Assembly: GCF_001194135.2 (NCBI RefSeq)
Contig: NC_068984.1
Coordinates: 16,746,757 to 16,810,756, forward strand
DNA length: 64,000 nt
From: Octopus bimaculoides
Lineage: Eukaryota
Direction: 5' to 3'
Position numbers and translations under genes: made by a program. The notes below the pieces were generated by a model, which made no database searches, was not told the DNA's origin, and saw nothing but the letters and a program-made list of their open reading frames with translations. This document shows, in pieces, positions 51,770-63,636 of the stretch (position 1 is its first letter; each line of letters starts with the position of its first letter).

Positions 51770-52378
51770 NNNNNNNNNNNNNNNNNNNNNNNNNNNNNNN
51801 NNNNNNNNNNNNNNNNNNNNNNNNNNNNNNNNNNNNNNNNNNNNNNNNNNNNNNNNNNNNNNNNNNNNNNNNNNNNNNNNNNNNNNNNNNNNNNNNNNNN
51901 NNNNNNNNNNNNNNNNNNNNNNNNNNNNNNNNNNNNNNNNNNNNNNNNNNNNNNNNNNNNNNNNNNNNNNNNNNNNNNNNNNNNNNNNNNNNNNNNNNNN
52001 NNNNNNNNNNNNNNNNNNNNNNNNNNNNNNNNNNNNNNNNNNNNNNNNNNNNNNNNNNNNNNNNNNNNNNNNNNNNNNNNNNNNNNNNNNNNNNNNNNNN
52101 NNNNNNNNNNNNNNNNNNNNNNNNNNNNNNNNNNNNNNNNNNNNNNNNNNNNNNNNNNNNNNNNNNNNNNNNNNNNNNNNNNNNNNNNNNNNNNNNNNNN
52201 NNNNNNNNNNNNNNNNNNNNNNNNNNNNNNNNNNNNNNNNNNNNNNNNNNNNNNNNNNNNNNNNNNNNNNNNNNNNNNNNNNNNNNNNNNNNNNNNNNNN
52301 NNNNNNNNNNNNNNNNNNNNNNNNNNNNNNNNNNNNNNNNNNNNNNNNNNNNNNNNNNNNNNNNNNNNNNNNNNNNNN
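51770..52378. other. Assembly gap (N run)
   Basis: N run between LINE 3'UTR and (TA)n(GA)n. Confidence 1.
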
Positions 52379-52421
<43 letters not shown>

Positions 52422-53529
52422 GGAAGGAAAGTAGAGAAGTAAGAAGCACGGGGGCAGTGACAAGTGACCGAGACCTTTGACAATATACCTGTCAAGCCAG
52501 GTGAAATCATAGTCATGGCCGATGCCTGTGTCACATATCTGGCACAGAAAAGGCACCCTTTGAACTTTGGGCCTCAAGCCAAGTGAGGTCATAGTCATGG
52601 CTGATGCCGGTGTTTCATAACTGGCACCCATACCAGTGGCACCCACCACACTCTTGGAGTGGTTGTTGTAAGGAAGGGCATCTAGCCGTAGAAACCATGC
52701 CAAATCAGATTGGAACCTGATGCAGCTCCCCAGCTTAACAGTTTTCAGTCAAACTGTCCAACCCATGTCAGCATGGAAAACAGACGTTAAATAATGCGGA
52801 TGATGATAAGGATGATATAAAACAGGTTTCCATACAGTTTCTATCTACCAAATTTATTCACTAAATCATTGGTAAGCCCCAAGGCTAGTAGCAGATATTT
52901 TTCTAAGGTATCGCGGTGTGAATGAACCTGAAACCACATGATTGGTAAGTGAACTGTACTTGTTTAGCAAGTAATTTAATCTGAAATACCATGTTGAAGC
53001 TAAAAATAATCTCATTGTCAAAGACGTATTCTAGCTATTTAAAATACACATATTTTGTTAAGTTCACTTTTCCTCTTTTATTATTTTATAACCTGAATAA
53101 TAATAATGTGTAATTATTGTGTGTCAGTTTGTTTTGTTTTTTTATTATAAATTTAAGTTGCTTAACAGGTGATGAGGAGCTTGTTTCCTTGGTTTTATCT
53201 GTTTTTGCTTTGTACATGTATTGAATGAAATATGAGTCTCTATAATGTGAGAACAAAAAACAGTTGTTTCTGATACTCTGCTTCACTATTGAATACAATT
53301 TATCTTTATTATGCGATGTAGTAAAAGTGCATGAAGTGCGAATAACAGTTTATGTGCGTCTACAACAAACACATATACCCACATTCTCATACAGACACAC
53401 ATACACTCACTTGCATGTATACTCACACAGGCTCACACATGCACACACAAACATATACATGCATAAAATCCATTATCATTACATCCGTCTTTTCATACTT
53501 GCATTAAGGTGAACAGAATTTTTTCACCA

Positions 53530-54665
53530 CAGCATCTCTTCACTTGACTTTGTCGTTCATCTTCTCCTTTGTGAAGCTCAGCATTTTAAGAATATCTTTC
53601 ACCAGTGTCTTCCTTAGTCTTCCTCTTTCACATATTTTTCCCATTTGAATCACTTGGAACTTCTTTGCCCAACCATCATACTTTATAGACATCACTTAAC
53701 CATACCTGTGCAGCTCCATCTCTTGTACACTACACTAAATTCCTCTTAACCTCAGTTTTTCTCTCAGTTGATTTGTGCTCCACCACTCATAAACATTATA
53801 CAACCAATGATACATACTCCCTTCATTTCTTTCCATCTTTCACACATCCTTCACACTTTTTACCTGCAGTTCCCAATCACACAGTCATCCATATGTTTCA
53901 GTATCATAGTCCCTGTCATCTTCTCTGTGAGTCCCAACGTCTGTAGATCCTTTCTCACCACTTTGTCCCACATCTTCCTGGGCCACCCCTTCCACAATTA
54001 GAACTCAGCATTTCTTGATGCATCTGTCTTCATTCATACACATCACATGACCAAACCAGCACAGTCTTCTCTCTTGCGCACGATATCTGATGCCTCATAC
54101 ACCCAGTTTTTTTCTCAAATCACTTACACTCTATCATATATGCACATTGACATGACCCATCCAGCAGAGCATACTGGCTTCATTTCTTTCAAGCCTTCAC
54201 ATATCCTCAGTAGTCACAGCCCATATCTCACTGTCATGTAGCATAGCTGTTCGTACACAGGCATCATACAACCTACCTTTCACTCAGCAAGAGAGGCCCT
54301 TCATTACTAAAAGGGGTAGTAGTTCTTTGAATTTTGCCCAGCCTATTCTTATTATAGCAGCTATGCTTTCAGGACAACCTCCCCTACTATTAACTTGGTC
54401 ACTTAAGTAACACAAACTGTCTACTACTGCTAAGGATCCCCACTGACATTTGAGGGAGTCTATTTTTTTGGTACATTTCTGGTGATTAATATACCTGCAT
54501 ATCTGCCACACATAGACTACTTTCTTTGTTAGTCTTCCAGTGATACTGCTGCACCTCTTATGCATCCATTGCTTGCACTGGGTACACCTTATGGAGTTTC
54601 TGCTGACACCTTTTCTACATACTGAGCAAGACCATCTCCCTGAAGAGATCTGTGATTTGTCTATT
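53530..54665 (-). mobile_element. Decayed RTE-type LINE fragment, same family as 6307-7552
   Basis: WSCSVCRKGVSRNSIRCTQCKQWMHKRC...WAKFKELLPLL. Confidence 0.85.
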
Positions 54666-55079
54666 TTCCTACTTATCAATACTTTACTTTGGTCTGCTAA
54701 ATTAACTCTAAGGTCATTTGATTCCAGTCACAGAGAGAGGTGGGGGGTTGAGGTAATTATGCAGATAAACAAATTAAAACTATAACAGCTTGGGTATGAT
54801 ATACAAAATATGTATTCATGCAAACAGAAAGAAAGCAAAGACTGAAGACTTTCAGATGGATATTTAACTATAAATATATAGACATTTATACATATAAATA
54901 GTTCAAACTTACACAGAGTACAAAACGACAGAGAAAATTAAAGGGGAAGAAGTAAGGTGTTATAATTCCAACAGCTGTTTCTGGGGGCTTGGAGATCCAT
55001 CATAATGTTGGTGGATATAATTCACCAAAATATGCAGCACATAATGGAAACAAATAAACATTGTGTGTGTGTGTGTGCG

Positions 55080-55552
55080 CATATACTTTTTGTGTCTGGC
55101 ACCCATGCCAGTGGAGCGCTAACAGCACCATCCGAGCGTGATCATTGCCAGAGCAGCTGTCTGGCTTCTGTGCTAGTGGCACGTAAATAGCATCATTTGA
55201 GTGTGATTGTTACCAGCGTCGCCTTACTGGCACTTGTGCCCGTGGCACGTGAAAAAACATTTGAGTGAGGTCATTGCCAGTGCCACTGGACTGGCTCCTG
55301 TGCAGGTGGCATGTAAAAAACACCATTTTGATCGTGGCCGTTGCCAGTACCGCGTGACTGGCCCTCATGCCGGTGGCACGTAAAAGCACCCACTACACTC
55401 TCGGAGTGGTTGGCGTTAGGAAGGGTATCCAGCTGTAAAAACTCTGCCAAATCAGATTGGAGCCTGGTGTAGCCATCTGGTTTCACCAGTCCTCAGTCAA
55501 ATCGTCCAACCCATGCTAGCATGGAAAACGGATGTTAAACAATGATGATGAT
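55080..55552 (+). mobile_element. RTE 3'UTR-derived element with tandem ~60-bp units and (GAT)n tail
   Basis: GGCGTTAGGAAGGGYATCCAGCTGTA...CAACCCATGCTAGCATGG...GTTAAAC(GAT)n. Other copies: 6020-6245+, 15310-15530-, 24150-24460+, 32560-32740-, 39630-39870+, 41310-41567+, 44305-44597-, 48700-49630+, 51551-51769-, 52430-52810+, 58565-58710+, 59770-60000+. Confidence 0.85.
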
Positions 55553-55958
55553 AATCTATGTATATCTGTGGTTCTCAAACATTTTTTATCTATTTTTTTA
55601 TCTTTGATTACAATTCCATTCTAGTGGACCATTATAGTTATTTGATGTTTAAAAACTGGTTTGATAGATACTTCTGTAAAAATTCCTGTTTTGTTATTCA
55701 CACATTATTAACTTGTGTAGATTGAGCTATGTAAAACATTTGTGAAAGAAACCCATCTGTTTCTTGCAATAAACATCTAAGGCAAAATTTTTTCATGGAC
55801 CCTTAATATACTACTATGGATCCCCAAATTACTATTTTGTTTGCATGGACCCCAAAAATCACATATAGAATCCCTGGGGTCATATGGATTCTGGTTCAGA
55901 ACCATTGATCTATGTAAAAGATCACTAACTATATGGAAACTTTTATATTTCTGTCCAG

Positions 55959-56099
55959 ATCCAAGTCAACAAGATTCCGTTGGATCCAACATGCTCCTTT
56001 CAATAAACAGCATCATTGGGCACTTCGAGTGCTCTACATTGGCAAAAGATGCCCTCAGTTATGCAGTGGTCATGGTAATTGCATTGGACATGTTTGCAG
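55959..56099 (+). CDS. RELN: Reelin exon 15 (repeat 6A end, EGF start)
   Basis: ctgtccag acceptor, AG|gtaagt donor; SKSTRFRWIQHAPFNKQHHWALRVLYIGKRCPQLCSGHGNCIGHVC; 141 nt, phase 2/2. Confidence 0.95.
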
Positions 56100-57165
56100 G
56101 TAAGTCATTCTCTCCCATTGTCACATAAATAATCATTAAAACATAAAACATTACATAATCATGTGATCAACCAGACTAACAGATGTTGTTATACGTCACT
56201 GATCACAATGCACTTTTGCATCGTTTTAGCTTTTTGAATGATGCCACCCCACTGACTGGGGGAATAGGCCAACATTTCCTCTGATAAGAGGGCTCATCCA
56301 TCACAGGATCACAGCTGAGTGGACAGGAGCAATGTGAAATGAAGTGTTTTGCTCAAAAACACAATACACCACCCAGTCTGGGGATCAAACCCACAATCTA
56401 GTGATTGTGAGTGCAACACCCCTAACCACTAGGCCACACGCCTTCATAAAATATAGAAAATAAAAAAGTATATTTGTTTAATATCTATTTCCATGTTTAA
56501 TTTTTTTCTATACTATTTTTACATTTTATTATACTTTTCCTTTTTTTTTTTGTTATTTGCTTGTTTTATTCATTTCAATGTGAGATTTTCTAGATTTTTT
56601 TTATATTCTTTTAGAGAAGATTCTAAAACAAAACTCACTTTTCTGGAAACAAATAATCTCTTCATATTAGTTTATATTTGTTACTATTTATATCCCTGTA
56701 TAGTGCAGATAGTCAAAATTTAATATTGTGACTAAGCTTAGATTTAAATTATCATCAGTCTTTACACTTTAACCCTTTATCATTCAGATTATTCTGTCAA
56801 ATGCAATGCTTATTCATTCAGATTGCTTTGAATTAGTCATGCATTATCTTGCAGCTTTGAGGTTTCAATGATGTCATTGTTTATTTTTAGAATGACATTG
56901 AAAAGTAGGTGTGAGAGGCCAAATCTGACCAGTTTGAATATGAAATAGGCTGAATATTTAAGCTGGATATGGGCAGTTTAAATGCTAAAGGGTTAAAGAT
57001 GGATGCATCATCCAGATGACAGGGTGCTGTGTAAGAGTTAAAGGATTTCATTGTTCACACCTTGTTGGTATATCCAGAGTCAATTCTGTCAGTCTGTCAG
57101 TCCACCATAATCAGGAGTGTTTGCTCTTAAAATTATATTTAAGATTTTTTTTTTTTTGGTTATAG

Positions 57166-57346
57166 ATGTGATAGTAATTGGCAAGAAGAAGACTGCCATA
57201 AACCAAAGAACCCACTGCCAACCATTCTGAAAGACTCTTTTATGGACGCAGACATATCAGCTCAGAATTGGTTAAAAATTGCTGGAGCAAAGATAACTAA
57301 TACTTGCACAAATCTAGCCTCAGGAATGGCAATACATTTTATTGGA
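57166..57346 (+). CDS. RELN: Reelin exon 16 (EGF end, repeat 6B start)
   Basis: ttatag acceptor, GGA|gtaagt donor; CDSNWQEEDC...LPTILKDSF...NWLKIAG...CTNLASGMAIHFIG. Confidence 0.95.
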
Positions 57347-57669
57347 GTAAGTTTGAGTTTTCTCTATACTAAAAGTTCTCAACTATTTATTACCTGTGAA
57401 CCCTTTTATTTACCTACTTTTGATTCATGTTTTACTCAGGTAGACCCACCTAGTCATTCAATGATTTTTAAAAGTCCAATTATAATTTTATAATTAGATG
57501 CTATTAGGAATTGCATTGAAAAAATTAAGATATTTTGTTTATTGAAGAAGTATGACTAATTTATTGAGCATAAATTTTAACAAAATCTTATATGGGCCCC
57601 CAAGGATCATATGGGAATTGATGTCAGGTGATGAAGTGGGCAATTTGACAAGACCCTATTTTGGACAGG

Positions 57670-58046
57670 CAGCACTGGATTAACCATTAAGCAAAATAAG
57701 CATGTGCTTAAGGCATCAAAGTAAGGGGAGACTCCACAGAAATGGTAAATGGTTTATAGCACAAAAGAAATTATTTTTAACTTGCTAAAATAATATCCAG
57801 GGTACCATACTTCTACTAAGTATAGAAGCAGGTGTGTTGCATAAGATTAATTTTGAAGATCTGATCATAGACTTAGCAATTAAAAAAAGTAGAAGAAAAC
57901 TATACAGAAATAAACATTATCTTTCATATTACTGTTAGTTTTGTTACATTTTGAAAAATATAAATTTATTTTATGGTTTATTATTTATATTTTGAATTAC
58001 ATATATATGGGGGCACCAAAATGTGGGTCTACGTGGATCAGCCTTG
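57670..58046. mobile_element. Decayed hAT-like MITE, 8-bp TSD tggacagg
   Basis: tggacagg at 57662-57669 and 58047-58054; degenerate ends cagcactggatt / gatcagccttg. Confidence 0.5.
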
Positions 58047-58258
58047 TGGACAGGCAGCCAGCAAGAATGGACATGTGGACAGAGTCCTTCAATATTCTAT
58101 CTGCTAGCCAATGATTTAGGGCAGAATGTTCTCTGAGTTTCACAGCAAGTTGTAATCGGCGGTTGAGGAATTCCTTTTGCTGTTATTTGCCATGTCCAGA
58201 CGTTTAGTCCTTTAGACTTAAATGTTATGTCCTATTTTACTCTTCTTTTCTCTTTCAG

Positions 58259-58452
58259 GGCTGCAGTCGAATTCTCATCAGTACAGATTTAGATTTGAGA
58301 GATTCAAAATTCATTCAGTTCTATTTCATGTTTGGTTGCAACACAGCTCCCCTGATTCGAAACCAAGGGGTCCTTGTTGACTATTCAGCAGATGGTGGTA
58401 TTTCTTGGTCCCATATAACAGAACTTTACTACAACCAATACAAAGCACCAAA
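58259..58452 (+). CDS. RELN: Reelin exon 17 (repeat 6B); gene continues beyond window
   Basis: tctttcag acceptor, AA|gtaagt donor; GCSRILISTDLDL...FIQFYFMFGC...RNQGVLVDYSADGGISW...YYNQYKAP. Confidence 0.95.
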
Positions 58453-59699
58453 GTAAGTCAACCATGTTTTTGATTTGCTTAATTACAAAGTAGCAATGAT
58501 ATCTTTTAAATTAATAATCTAATCAACAAATTCACATTTTTTCCACATCTGCCACTTATATATATACACTCTCGGAGTGGTTGGCATTAGGAAGGGCATC
58601 CAGCTGTAGAAACTCTGCCAAATCAGATTGGAGCCTGGTGTAGCCATCTGGTTCACCAGTCCTCAGTCAAATCGTCCAACCCATGCTAGCATGGAAAGTG
58701 GACATTAAACATACATACATACATACATACATACATACAAATTTTGAAATAAACTGAATAATGTCATACATACATATGATGGGCTTCTTTCAGTTTCCCC
58801 TGTACCAAATTCACTCACAAAGCACTAGACTATGGTGAAAGGCACTTGCCCAGGGTGCCACACAGAGGGACTAAACCCAGAACCATGTGGTTAGGAAACA
58901 AATTCCTCACCACACAGCCACGCCTGTACCACCCATGTGAAAAACTATAAAGATTTGTTACATAATTTCTTTCTTACTCCCCAATTTATCTTTCTTAATC
59001 CTCAGCTAATCCTGCTCACCTACTTTAGGTCAACATATATTATTATTAATGACTGAAATATGTTGGGTTAAGTTAAATAATATGAGTTAAATATGTTGAA
59101 TTACCTAATACATTTAGTCTGGTAATATGTTGTGTAAAATAAACATCATTTGAGGAAATTATTGACCAAACCAATATCCAAACTGGCAATGCTAGATTCT
59201 TTTAGAAATGTTAAGATTCCCCAAAGATAAATATTCAAAGAATAGAAACAGTGAAATCTCATCAACAATTAGAAGCTGAATTCTGTTTTATATTAGCTTG
59301 GTAAATTAAAATGACATGAATTTCTAAGCAACTCTGTTTCTTTATATTATGTTGCTGAAGGCCAGATATACAGTGTTTCATCCTGTTGATCACAGAATCG
59401 ATACTTCCAAAATTGTTCTGAGTTGTAAATAAATACAATGGACAGGTACAACTCATTATTGAAAGCAGCTAGAACACAAAATCATCATCAGCATCATTTT
59501 AACATCCATGTTTTCGTTGCTTCATGGATCAGACAGAATTTATTGAGACAGATTTTTCTATAGTCAGATCTCCTTCTGGTCACCAAGCTAGGTAACATTT
59601 GCCAATGGCCCAACATGTTTTCATGGAAGGTGGGGAATGAATGACACTGTTTGGAGGATGATGACACTTGTTTACATTTATTACTCAATGTCAAGACAA

Positions 59700-59734
<35 letters not shown>

Positions 59735-60180
59735 CACACACATACACAAACACACATAAATATACATGATGGAAAATAACCTGGTGATGGTGCCACATAA
59801 AAAGCACTGCTGATGGTGCAATGTAAAAAGCACCCAGTACATTCAGTAAAGTAGCTGGCATTAGGAAGGTTAGCCAGCTGCAGAAACCAACCCAAAACAA
59901 GCAATTGAAGCCTAGTGCTGCCCCTGGCCTCACCAGCTCCTGTCAAGCCATCCAACCCATGCCAGCTTGGAAAAGGAATGTTAAATGATGATGAGGATTT
60001 CTTTAGGTTTCCATCTGTGAAATTCACTCACAAGGCCTTGGTCAACTCTGGACTTTAGTAAACAACACTTGTTCAAAGTGTCATGCAGTGGAACTGAACT
60101 AGAAAGCATGTGGTTGGGAAGTAAACTTCTTAACTACGCAACCATGCCTAACAATATTTTTACCTAACAGAATTCATTAT

Positions 60181-60412
60181 GGCGGCGAGCTGGCAAAAAC
60201 AACAGCACGCCGGGCAAAATGCTTAGCGGTATTTCGTCTGCCGTTACGTTCTGAGTTCAAATTCCACCGAGGTCGACTTTGCCTTTCATCCTTTCGGAGA
60301 TCGGTAAATTAAGCACCAGTTACGCACTGGGATCGATGTAATCGACTTAATCCCTTTTTCTGTCCTTGTTTGTTCCCTCTATGTTTAGCCCCTTGTGGTC
60401 AATAAAGAAATA
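60181..60412 (+). mobile_element. SINE-A (tail 1); 10-bp TSD
   Basis: agaattcatt at 60169-60178 and 60413-60422. Confidence 0.9.
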
Positions 60413-63406
60413 AGAATTCATTCAAATTTTATGTGAAGAGATTTGTTGCTGACTTAGATACATAATGTGAATCTGTCGTTTTCAAATGGTTTCTTTACCA
60501 TGCAATGGGTTACAGTACTTTATTACATCTTTTACATAAGGAAACGTCTCTGGGACAGAACCCTATTTTCATTTCAAAACAAAACTTAAGCCTAACAGCA
60601 AATTAGAGTGATAAATGAATAATCATCTCAGTTAATTATAGTTTTCCTTCGACTGAAGGTGACTTACACTTTTCTCCTTTATCTTTATCTGGTCAAAACT
60701 CTATATCTTCAATTCATTTTTCACTGATTTGACAAGCAGATTAATTTTGCATATTTTGAGATTATTGATTCCAATTTATGAGAATAAATTGATAAAAAAT
60801 TTTTAGATGTAATGTTATATTCATATTAATAACGAATGAACAAAACTGATTGACTGAAATTCGATATAAATGTATCTCAGGGAATAACAGGACTCTTTAG
60901 TCTTGCTAGATATTAGGCAACCTCCCTAGTGCATGTGCCATGATAACGACATGCTGTGCACTCAGTGCTTGGAATTCAGAATAGTATCCAAAGAAAGAAA
61001 CTATGGCAAAAATGGAATATACCAAACACATCTAAGAGGGCAGTAACTCCAAATATGAACTGACTCAGATGGTGATAAACACATCTAACCCATGCAGTAT
61101 GGAGAAGTAGACATAAAATGATTATGAAATTAGTATTGTTAGCAAAATTTCATTGCTGGCATCAAGGGTTATCAAGCAATTCTGTTTGTATTCCATCTTT
61201 TTCAACATTATTTTTTCTTTGATGTCCCAGCATAATTTTTCTCTTTGCTCTTCATTTACCAACACCAATAGAAGTAATGTAAACATCTGCTAAGAAAATC
61301 TACATCGAAAGTTATTTTGAAGCCTAATCTCTTAAATAAAACCACAAAATCTTCATAACTACCAGACTAAGTGGTTTTCAACCTTCATGTTTTCATAGTA
61401 CACTTGAGATCAAAAACAAAACAATTACTAACTCAAATTGCATGCAAGGTTTTAAAATTATTAGCACATTTCATGTGGCACACTTTGCATAGTAAGTTCA
61501 AAAAACAAAACTGTTTTAAAATTAGAAAATTTAGGGAATTATTTACTTTGTTTTACTGTTCATACTTGTATATAACAAAATTATGATGAACATCTTTTTA
61601 AGATGCTCAAACATAAGTATGAGCTTCCTAAAGCCTTAAATCATATTTTTTTAAATCTGCTGCAGAGTTTCATTATCACTGATCTAAGTATTACCATGCA
61701 AATTTATGACAAAGTCTATATTACATATCATGTTTTTTATTTGTTTACCTTGAATTGAGAAAGTGCTGAAATTTAGTCTTATAAAATATTTCTCTTTTCA
61801 ATATTTCTATCAGAAACAGATGGAAAGTTTAAATGCAAATATTAGGTGGTATTATTTGAATAAATCTCTTTCGTTATTTAAAGTCTTCATGAATTTTTTA
61901 ATGAGACCTGATTTATATACTAAGGTAAAAACAATGCATTGACCAAGGGCTCATTTATAATGTTTTACTAACTCCTAATTCTTTTAGCAATGTAGTTTTT
62001 TCTAGAATATCGAGAAGGAAATACTCAAGTATGTCTACTGTATGAAAACTTAATAAAGTGGGTGCTAACATACTTGATGTAGAAAGCTAAGAATTTTAAT
62101 TAATTAAAATTACACCTTTGGTGATGAGAACAAACCATCATTGAAATGACAGTTAAGATTTAGAGGTTATCTCCCCTGCCGTTTTGATATGAATTATGCA
62201 TTCAGTTACTAATTACCATATTTGCTCATTTATGTCACACCCCTAATTTAGTGTTAAATCTTGCTACAAAATTTTTATCCCTTCATAATTTTAGCTTTGT
62301 TTCATATATGTCATGACCTGGTTTTCTCAGTAAAATCAAGTATTAAATAGCGTGGTTTATATACGAGCAAATACAGCTGTTCATTCTGTAAAAAGTGTTG
62401 ATATTCTGATATATCTTAATGAAGAATTTTAGTAAAAAATGCTTTTGTTCTAAAAACATTGGCAAATAGTGAAAGTCCTTGCAAGGAATATAGCTATATT
62501 TATTACGATTAATCTTTATTAATATTGATTTCATTGTAACATAAATCTTCTTCAGATGGACTCAATGACCAGTTGAAACTGAAGGAAATTTATTTCCATT
62601 GAAATGAAAGAAATTTATTGCCATTAAGTTCTCAATAAATAATCATTATCCAGTTGACAATTAATTATATTCCATTACATCTAAAAGAACATTGATGCCA
62701 AAACTGAAATAAATTATTCTCTGCTCTAGCAAATTCAACACGTATTTCCCATTATTTTTGGATAAAAACAAAGCTTCTATCCAAGCTGCCAATGCATTTT
62801 TTTTTTTCATTCCCTCAGCATTAATCTCAGTTACTCAGTTGAACCTTTTGTCAAATGGAAATGTTTTGCAAAGTCATCCAAATATATTATTTTGGTTTCT
62901 CTACAAGCAAGAAGTGAGTTAGTAAAGTCTTAATTCTTCATAAAAGTGTCTTTAATTGAAAACTAAATATCTCTAACCTTAGGACAGTCTGGAACCATAC
63001 AAAACATGATCTGGCGTCTAATGAGAGTAAAGAATTAAGTTTAATTTTATGTCATTTTCTTATTCATTAGCAGCAGAAAATTACATTTAAAATACTGTTG
63101 GAGGGATAAACAAATACTGTTATAGGAATACACAAAATTATTTCTGCAGATAATTTATTTTGGGATAAATATTGCTTTTTTGAATTTAAAAAAGTTATAG
63201 TAAAACAGTAAAAACCAATATTGTGCTTTTAGGTGTATGAAGCAATGTCTGTTGATAACATTATGTAGTATGAGAATTATATTTCTTTTGGCTCAACTAT
63301 TTCTTTAATCTACTTTAGATTGTAAGAAAACATAGGATGTTAACCTATCATTTATTTGATGTTTTAAACTACAGTGTTACTTTTTAGTCAACAGAAAAAT
63401 GAACAT

Positions 63407-63636
63407 GCGGCGAGCTGGCAGAAACATTAGCACACTGGGCGAAATGCTTAACGGTATTTCGTCTGCCATTATGTTCTGAGTTCAAATTCTTCCGAGGTCG
63501 ACTTTGCCTTTCATCCTTTTGGGGTCGATAAATTAAGTACCAGTTAAGCACTGGGGTCGATGTAATCGACTTAATCCCTTTAACTGTCCTTGTTTGTCCC
63601 CTCTATGTTTAGCCCCTTGTGGGCAATAAAGAAATA
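63407..63636 (+). mobile_element. SINE-A (tail 1); 14-bp TSD
   Basis: agaaaaatgaacat at 63393-63406 and 63637-63650. Confidence 0.9.

Noticed and set aside
55095-55400. CRISPR-like regular repeats
   Set aside because: Degenerate tandem units without unique spacers, inside a LINE 3'UTR, eukaryotic context, no cas genes
59494-60027. 177-aa minus-strand ORF
   Set aside because: Antisense reading of an RTE 3'UTR copy plus (CA)n tract
62006-62028. Possible 23-nt micro-exon (tttttctag...|gtatgt) after exon 17
   Set aside because: No frame gives the expected LPxxA...TRFRWWQP continuation
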